Shown here: positions 58,893 to 64,000 of the stretch, one piece after another | Position numbering within the stretch: position 1 is the stretch's first letter | How the letters are laid out: each line of letters starts with the position of its first letter | Assembly (NCBI GenBank): GCA_963667175.2 | Contig: CAXXXF010000006.1 | Location: forward strand, 640,001 to 704,000 | From: Candidatus Latescibacterota bacterium | GTDB lineage: Bacteria; Latescibacterota; UBA2968; GCA-2709665 | Direction: 5' to 3' | DNA: 64,000 bases | Notes under the pieces: generated by a model | What the model saw: only the letters and a program-made list of their open reading frames with translations | What the model was told of the DNA's origin: nothing | Databases searched by the model: none | Made by a program: the position numbers and the translations under genes

Positions 58893-59910
58893 CACACCGT
58901 TTCAATCCCTCTCGCCCGACGACCAGCGGGATGCCCTGAACGTGGCCTCCAGCCTCAGTGGAAGGCGTACCCATCTCCTGGAGAAGGACATATGGGTAGT
59001 GTATACGTTACGCGCCCTGATGGAGAGTCCCTACGGTCGGGACCTGACCTTCAAGGGAGGTACCTCTCTGGCCAAGGCGTATCATGCCATCCGTCGATTT
59101 TCGGAAGACCTTGACGTCACCTATGGCATCCGAGCCATCGCTGCCGACCTCGTGGAAGACAATGGGATTGACGCACTGCCATCCACGCGCAGTCAGGAGC
59201 GGAAGTGGACACGGGAAATCAGGCGACGCCTGGCCAATTGGGTGGAATTTCATGCGCGGCCTACGATTGAGGCGAACCTGTCTGAATCTGGACTTTCCGC
59301 ATGGATACGTGCCGACGGAGACCGGATATTCGTCAGCTATGAGCCCCTGTTCCCGGATTACGGATTCGTAAGGCCGGAAGTATCGGTGGAGTTTGGGGGT
59401 CGTTCGACGGGGGAGCCTCGGGAAAAACGTCCTATAGCGTGCGATGCCGCGCCATACCTATCGGAAATTGCATTCCCCCTCGACCCATACGCTTGTCATG
59501 TTGCCGGAACGTACCTTCTGGGAGAAGGCCACGGCGGTGCATGTTTTTTGCCTTCAACAACGAAGGCGGGGGGAGCGACTGTCCCGGCACTGGCATGACA
59601 TCTTCCACCTGGACGACGCGGGTTTCGTCGAAAGGTCGCTCGTCGACCGTGACCTGGCGATGTCGGTAGCACGACACAAGGCGACGTTCTTCCGCGAGAG
59701 GGGACGCCGATGGGAACTGGATCGACTACGAAGCTGCGGTAATCCGGGGCTATGCAGTTGGTGCCGCATGGTTTGGCATATGCAGCGTTGGCTGACGACT
59801 ACGAAAAGATGCTCAGCGATGGGATGTTGCTCGAAGACGAAGAGTGTTTCGAGACCATAATGGACAGATGCGCCGAAATTGAGACGAAGGCGAATCGAAG
59901 AAGAGTATAA
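58885..59910 (+). CDS. AbiEii/AbiGii nucleotidyltransferase toxin (three +1 homopolymer frameshifts)
   Basis: LEKDIWV, FKGGTSL.KAY..I.RFSED.D, EFGGRS, PERTFWEK, RLSRHWHD. Confidence 0.85.
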
Positions 59911-60107
59911 CTGTTGTTCAGACAGATCTCGGCCCAAATGCCTCGTCCTGTTCTTCGGTTGCAGACGTCGCAGCCCTGGAAAGGCAAGAGATTGGCGCAT
60001 CCGCGAGTTCTGGATAAAATAAGCGGAATGCTCGGTGAATACAGGTGACGGGCTGGGAACCTGCTCCCGAATCTCTTATTGTCGACCTGGCAGGATTTCA
60101 AGACACA

Positions 60108-61343
60108 ATGGCCTCAACCTTTACCTGGCTCGATTATTCAGAACAAGAACGGCGTCGTGCCCTCGATGCCATCTCACTCTTCAAGCTTCAGGAAACTCGT
60201 GACGAACTGGGTCTTGCGTCGATTCGCGACGCCTTCGCCGATCGTTTCTTTCCCGGGACGAGCACGATCCAGACCCGCGCCCGCTATTTCCTGCTTGTGC
60301 CTTGGTTGTGTAAGGAACTCGAAGAGAAACGCGTTGCGAGCGCCGCTGCGCCAGAGCGCCTGCGCCGGATGGAAGAAGAACTGGCTATACACCTTAGGCA
60401 CAGCGAGGATGCTGACGGTGCAATTGGGAGAGATGCAGGCAAGGCTGTTAAACGTATGCCCAGCAGCATTTTTTGGGGCGGGCTGGGGCGCTGGCAGATC
60501 CTGACGTTTGAAGGGTCACTGACCCAATACCTCCGAAGCCTCGATCGCTTCTACCGCAACGAGAAACACCATCCGTCAATGATGGATGCGGATACTGAAA
60601 ACGGACCCAGGCCGAAGAACTGGCACTCACATCTTCCGCGATCACCTCTGGGATTCCGCAAATGCGCGTCATTGACGGTCGATGTCCATGAGGCGGTATA
60701 CCTGAAGGAGCGGATTCTAAACGCGTGCCCCGGTACACTGCTCGCCTATCTTGCAGATTGCGGAGAGAGATGGGAGCGGACTGACTTCGTTTGGTTTCAC
60801 GACCTGGCCGCGGATTTTCCGAATGACGTCATCCGTGACCTCGCACACGCCCGGCTTTTTTCCGAAGTGATGCACGGAGCGACCCGCCTTTACAACGTGA
60901 TGCTTTCCGACGCGCTGGGCTTGGAAGAGCGCCTGGAACACCATCGAGTGGCTTATGAGAAGTGGGCAGACGAAAGACACGTGCAGGCTGGGCGCCTGGG
61001 CGACTGGGACCTTCGGGATTTCTGGATGCTTTTGAATGTCCAAGGCGCGCGAGTCACGCACCGGACGCGCGAATTTGTGAATGAATGGATAGAACTGACT
61101 CGTGAGTCCCAACACCCCATTCTCTTGCTTGAAAGTCCGGCTGCACGAGAGCTGATTCTCCGCCGCGAGAAGTGGTTGAAAAGGGGCCGATCTCGATTCT
61201 CGAACCGGCGGCACCTCGAATTGTGGAAGGGCGATTCGGGTACGAGACAGCTGGATTTTCGATGGACTGCGAGTCAACGGCTCCTTATGGACATTGTCGA
61301 AGGTCTCAACTCAACTCGTAAAGGCGTGAGCGCACATGCTTAA
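60108..61343 (+). CDS. DUF6361 family protein (Azaca ZacA-like)
   Basis: FTWLDYS...RDELGL.SIRDAFAD..FPGTSTIQTRARYFL.VPW, KR.PSSI.W.GL. Confidence 0.8.
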   Translation: MASTFTWLDYSEQERRRALDAISLFKLQETRDELGLASIRDAFADRFFPGTSTIQTRARYFLLVPWLCKELEEKRVASAAAPERLRRMEEELAIHLRHSEDADGAIGRDAGKAVKRMPSSIFWGGLGRWQILTFEGSLTQYLRSLDRFYRNEKHHPSMMDADTENGPRPKNWHSHLPRSPLGFRKCASLTVDVHEAVYLKERILNACPGTLLAYLADCGERWERTDFVWFHDLAADFPNDVIRDLAHARLFSEVMHGATRLYNVMLSDALGLEERLEHHRVAYEKWADERHVQAGRLGDWDLRDFWMLLNVQGARVTHRTREFVNEWIELTRESQHPILLLESPAARELILRREKWLKRGRSRFSNRRHLELWKGDSGTRQLDFRWTASQRLLMDIVEGLNSTRKGVSAHA

Positions 61344-63198
61344 GCCGGAAGAAAGGCTACTGTTGCTTGATACCCTGCGTCCCCCGGATGGGTACCGCTT
61401 CGATCGTGCCATCGGAACAACCTTCACACTCGACCTTGAGTCGTTGCTAACCGTACCACTTGCATTTACGTTCCTTGACTGGGAAGACACAAATGGCCTA
61501 CCGTCAACCGATCCACTGGCGCTGCTGGAAGCAATGCGCCGGCACGCTGGGCGGATTCACCTTTTTTGCCAGGCGGGGCAGATCAACATTCCGACAGCGA
61601 ATCAACCATTACTGGCATACATCGAAGACACTGTCGTTCAGGTTCGGCCGCCACACCACAACGGGTCGTTCCATCCCAAGATCTGGTTCGTCCGCTTCGA
61701 GTCACGTTCCAGGCAGGAACCGGTGAGGTATCGACTATTGTGCATGTCCAGGAATCTCACGCATTCGCGGTCTTGGGATACAACACTCGTTCTGGATGGA
61801 GTGCTGAAGGATCGTAAGTTGCCGATTGGTCGAAATCACCCATTGAGTGATTTCATCAGAGCGTTGCCCCAAATGGCTATTCAGTCGCTTGACCGCGATG
61901 TGACAAAAACGATGAACACCGTTCAGAGTGAAATACGCCGTGTGGATTTCAAGTTGCCAGAAGGTTTCAAGGACATACGGTTCCATCCCATGGGCCACTA
62001 TGGTGCAGGCCATTGGCCATTTCCGGACAACCCGAGAGACTTCCTGGTCATGTCACCTTTTGTGAGTTCAACGTTTGTGCGGCGTCTGGCACAGACGCAC
62101 TGCATTCAGCACCTGATATCCCGACCGGACTCTATCGCAAGCCTTTCCCCCGATGCACTTGAGTTGTTAAAGCGGGCTTGGACGATGAGCCCTCATGCGG
62201 AGTTCGATAGCCACGAAGGCGCCGACGCTGATGGACCGGATGCGACGACAAGAGTGGTTGCGTCCGAGGAAGACGAACTCGTGGGATTACACGCAAAGCT
62301 GTTTGTGATGGACGACGGCTGGAACGCACGTGTTTGGACAGGCTCAGCAAACGCCACAGATGCTGCTTTCCAGCGGAATGTGGAATTCATGGTCGAACTG
62401 ACTGGACGCAAGTCGCACTGCGGTATCGCGGCATTTCTGGGTGACGAAGAAAGCGAAGTCGGTTTGCTTCCGATACTGCAAGAATACACTGCCGACACAA
62501 CGGAGGAAGAAGATCCTGAGAGAAACACGCTCCGATGCCGCCTGGAGGAAGCGGTCATCACTCTTCTGGATGCACGCCTGTCTATTTCGATTTCCGAAGT
62601 CGATGACCAGTGTTTCAGTCTTGTGATTGCGGCCAATCAAGCTCTGAAGCTCCGAACGGACGTACAAGTGGAGCTCTGGCCAGTCACGTTACCTTCAGGC
62701 ACAGCGCAGACTTTCGAGAACGAAAGACCCTCAATAAGGTTTCCGCAACTGTCAATTGGCGCGATTACTGCTTTCATTGCGTTCCATCTGAAAACCGGAA
62801 CCGGCGACAAAGTCATGGAGAACCGATTTGTATTGCGGTTGCCCATCCGCGGCGCCCCGTCAGACCGGCGTGAGCGCGTCCTGCAACAACTGCTGACGGA
62901 TGCCGATCAGGTGATGCGGTTGTTGTTGCTTATGCTCAGTGATGAAGGCTTGAATGCCCACACCTTTATGAAGTCTGGGACCGACGTTGGCACGAGAATC
63001 GACCTTGGGTTGCCAGGTGGTTCGACACTCCTGGAAGCAATGTTGTGTGCTCTGCACAGGAATCCGGAATTGCTGGATCATGTAGACAATCTCGTGCGAG
63101 ACTTGCGGAAAACTACAGGAGGCAAAGTTCTTCTGCCCCCCGATTTCGATCAGGTGTGGGAACCTATCCTGCGAGTGCGACGGGAGATGCGCTCATGA
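61336..63198 (+). CDS. Phospholipase D-family nuclease-like protein (ZacB-like)
   Basis: L.P..R.LL...LRPP.GY.FD.A.GTTFTLDL; FHPK...SRNLT and LHAK...GSANAT HKD-type motifs. Confidence 0.8.
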   Translation: MLKPEERLLLLDTLRPPDGYRFDRAIGTTFTLDLESLLTVPLAFTFLDWEDTNGLPSTDPLALLEAMRRHAGRIHLFCQAGQINIPTANQPLLAYIEDTVVQVRPPHHNGSFHPKIWFVRFESRSRQEPVRYRLLCMSRNLTHSRSWDTTLVLDGVLKDRKLPIGRNHPLSDFIRALPQMAIQSLDRDVTKTMNTVQSEIRRVDFKLPEGFKDIRFHPMGHYGAGHWPFPDNPRDFLVMSPFVSSTFVRRLAQTHCIQHLISRPDSIASLSPDALELLKRAWTMSPHAEFDSHEGADADGPDATTRVVASEEDELVGLHAKLFVMDDGWNARVWTGSANATDAAFQRNVEFMVELTGRKSHCGIAAFLGDEESEVGLLPILQEYTADTTEEEDPERNTLRCRLEEAVITLLDARLSISISEVDDQCFSLVIAANQALKLRTDVQVELWPVTLPSGTAQTFENERPSIRFPQLSIGAITAFIAFHLKTGTGDKVMENRFVLRLPIRGAPSDRRERVLQQLLTDADQVMRLLLLMLSDEGLNAHTFMKSGTDVGTRIDLGLPGGSTLLEAMLCALHRNPELLDHVDNLVRDLRKTTGGKVLLPPDFDQVWEPILRVRREMRS

Positions 63199-64000
63199 AC
63201 GCCCGCCCACAGCTTGAACACGAACTCTCAAAACTCAAGGGATTCCAACGACGAACGGTTGACTACGCCTTCGATCGCCTGTTCATGAAGAGAGACTCCA
63301 GCCATCGTTTTCTCGTCGCCGACGAAGTCGGGTTGGGGAAGACACTGGTTGCCCGAGGCGTGATTGCCAGGGCAATTGACCATCTGTGGGACAAAGTGCC
63401 GCGAATCGACATCGTCTACATCTGTTCGAACAGCTCGATTGCTCGGCAGAATGTCCGAAGGCTAACCCTTTTTCCAGACGAAGACACACATCGGATCGAT
63501 CGACTGACTCGGCTTCCGAGCGCTGTTCAAGGACTTCGCAATCGCAAGATCAACTTTATCGCATTCACACCGAGAACGTCCTTTGATTTGAAGTCGAGAG
63601 GAGGCCGTTGGGAAGAACGAGTGGTGCTCTATTGGATGCTCCAGAGTCTCTGGCCAGATACCCGGACCGGACCAAAGAACCTGATGCAAGGAACAGTTCG
63701 AAACGTTATACGATTCCGGGATCAGCTCCTGAGGTTTCGTGACGAAGAGAAAATCGATTCGGACCTACAGAAGGCCTTCAAGCGCGCCGTGTACCGACGA
63801 ATTCGGGAGGAACGCCAGCAAGGCGTGCAAACGTTACTGCAGCGATATCAGGATCTCTGTCAACGGTTTCGCAGAGCCAGGAAGCACGTCTCATGGCCTG
63901 ATCGTGACGAACAGTTTCGCTTCCTCGGTGAGATGCGCACTATTCTGGCGGCTACGTGTATTGAGGCGCTCGAGCCGGACCTGGTGATCCTAGACGAGTT
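63195..64000 (+). CDS. SF2 helicase (ZacC-like), truncated by the window edge
   Basis: ATGA-coupled; LKGFQR.TV, FLVADEVGLGKT (Walker A), YICSN, PDLVILDE (Walker B) at the window end. Confidence 0.85.
   Translation, partial: MNARPQLEHELSKLKGFQRRTVDYAFDRLFMKRDSSHRFLVADEVGLGKTLVARGVIARAIDHLWDKVPRIDIVYICSNSSIARQNVRRLTLFPDEDTHRIDRLTRLPSAVQGLRNRKINFIAFTPRTSFDLKSRGGRWEERVVLYWMLQSLWPDTRTGPKNLMQGTVRNVIRFRDQLLRFRDEEKIDSDLQKAFKRAVYRRIREERQQGVQTLLQRYQDLCQRFRRARKHVSWPDRDEQFRFLGEMRTILAATCIEALEPDLVILDE

Noticed and set aside
56630-59910. lpdA and abiE as genuine pseudogenes or phase-variable genes
   Set aside because: The uniform +1, mostly homopolymer pattern, including in a core enzyme, points to sequencing error

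Overview
GC-rich bacterial genomic window. The dockerin-like EF-hand tail, GWxTD/TPR protein and FCB-type lipoproteins suggest a Latescibacterota/Gemmatimonadota-like host (inference). Core blocks: (1) 1-10.1 kb: EVE protein, a ceramidase-like/Gfo-Idh-MocA/sulfurtransferase operon whose rhodanese has an in-frame UGA at the catalytic position (selenoprotein), a DUF433/DUF5615 TA pair, TorF-like porin, glutamine synthetase III and a GH32-like propeller. (2) 29.6-58 kb: matrixin-propeller protein, Ig-like lipoprotein, xerC, topA, BatA/vWA, PTS IIA, ClC-CBS, GWxTD, VapBC, a two-gene PFOR and aceE-aceF-lpdA. There are two lower-GC accessory islands. The first (~10.2-29.5 kb) holds a 1362-aa HigA-HTH/nuclease-like giant protein, a type IIG/ISP-like R-M gene plus a relic of its 3' end, several orphan antitoxins, an IS3-family element, a MITE, nested palindromic repeats and a 1.7-kb hairpin-ended element encoding a Rep_trans-like protein. 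That element is the best candidate for an undescribed mobile system. The second (58.2-64 kb) holds an AbiE-type pair and a DUF6361-PLD-helicase (Azaca-like) operon running off the window. I saw no rRNA, tRNA or CRISPR array. All family calls come from motif recognition, not database searches.
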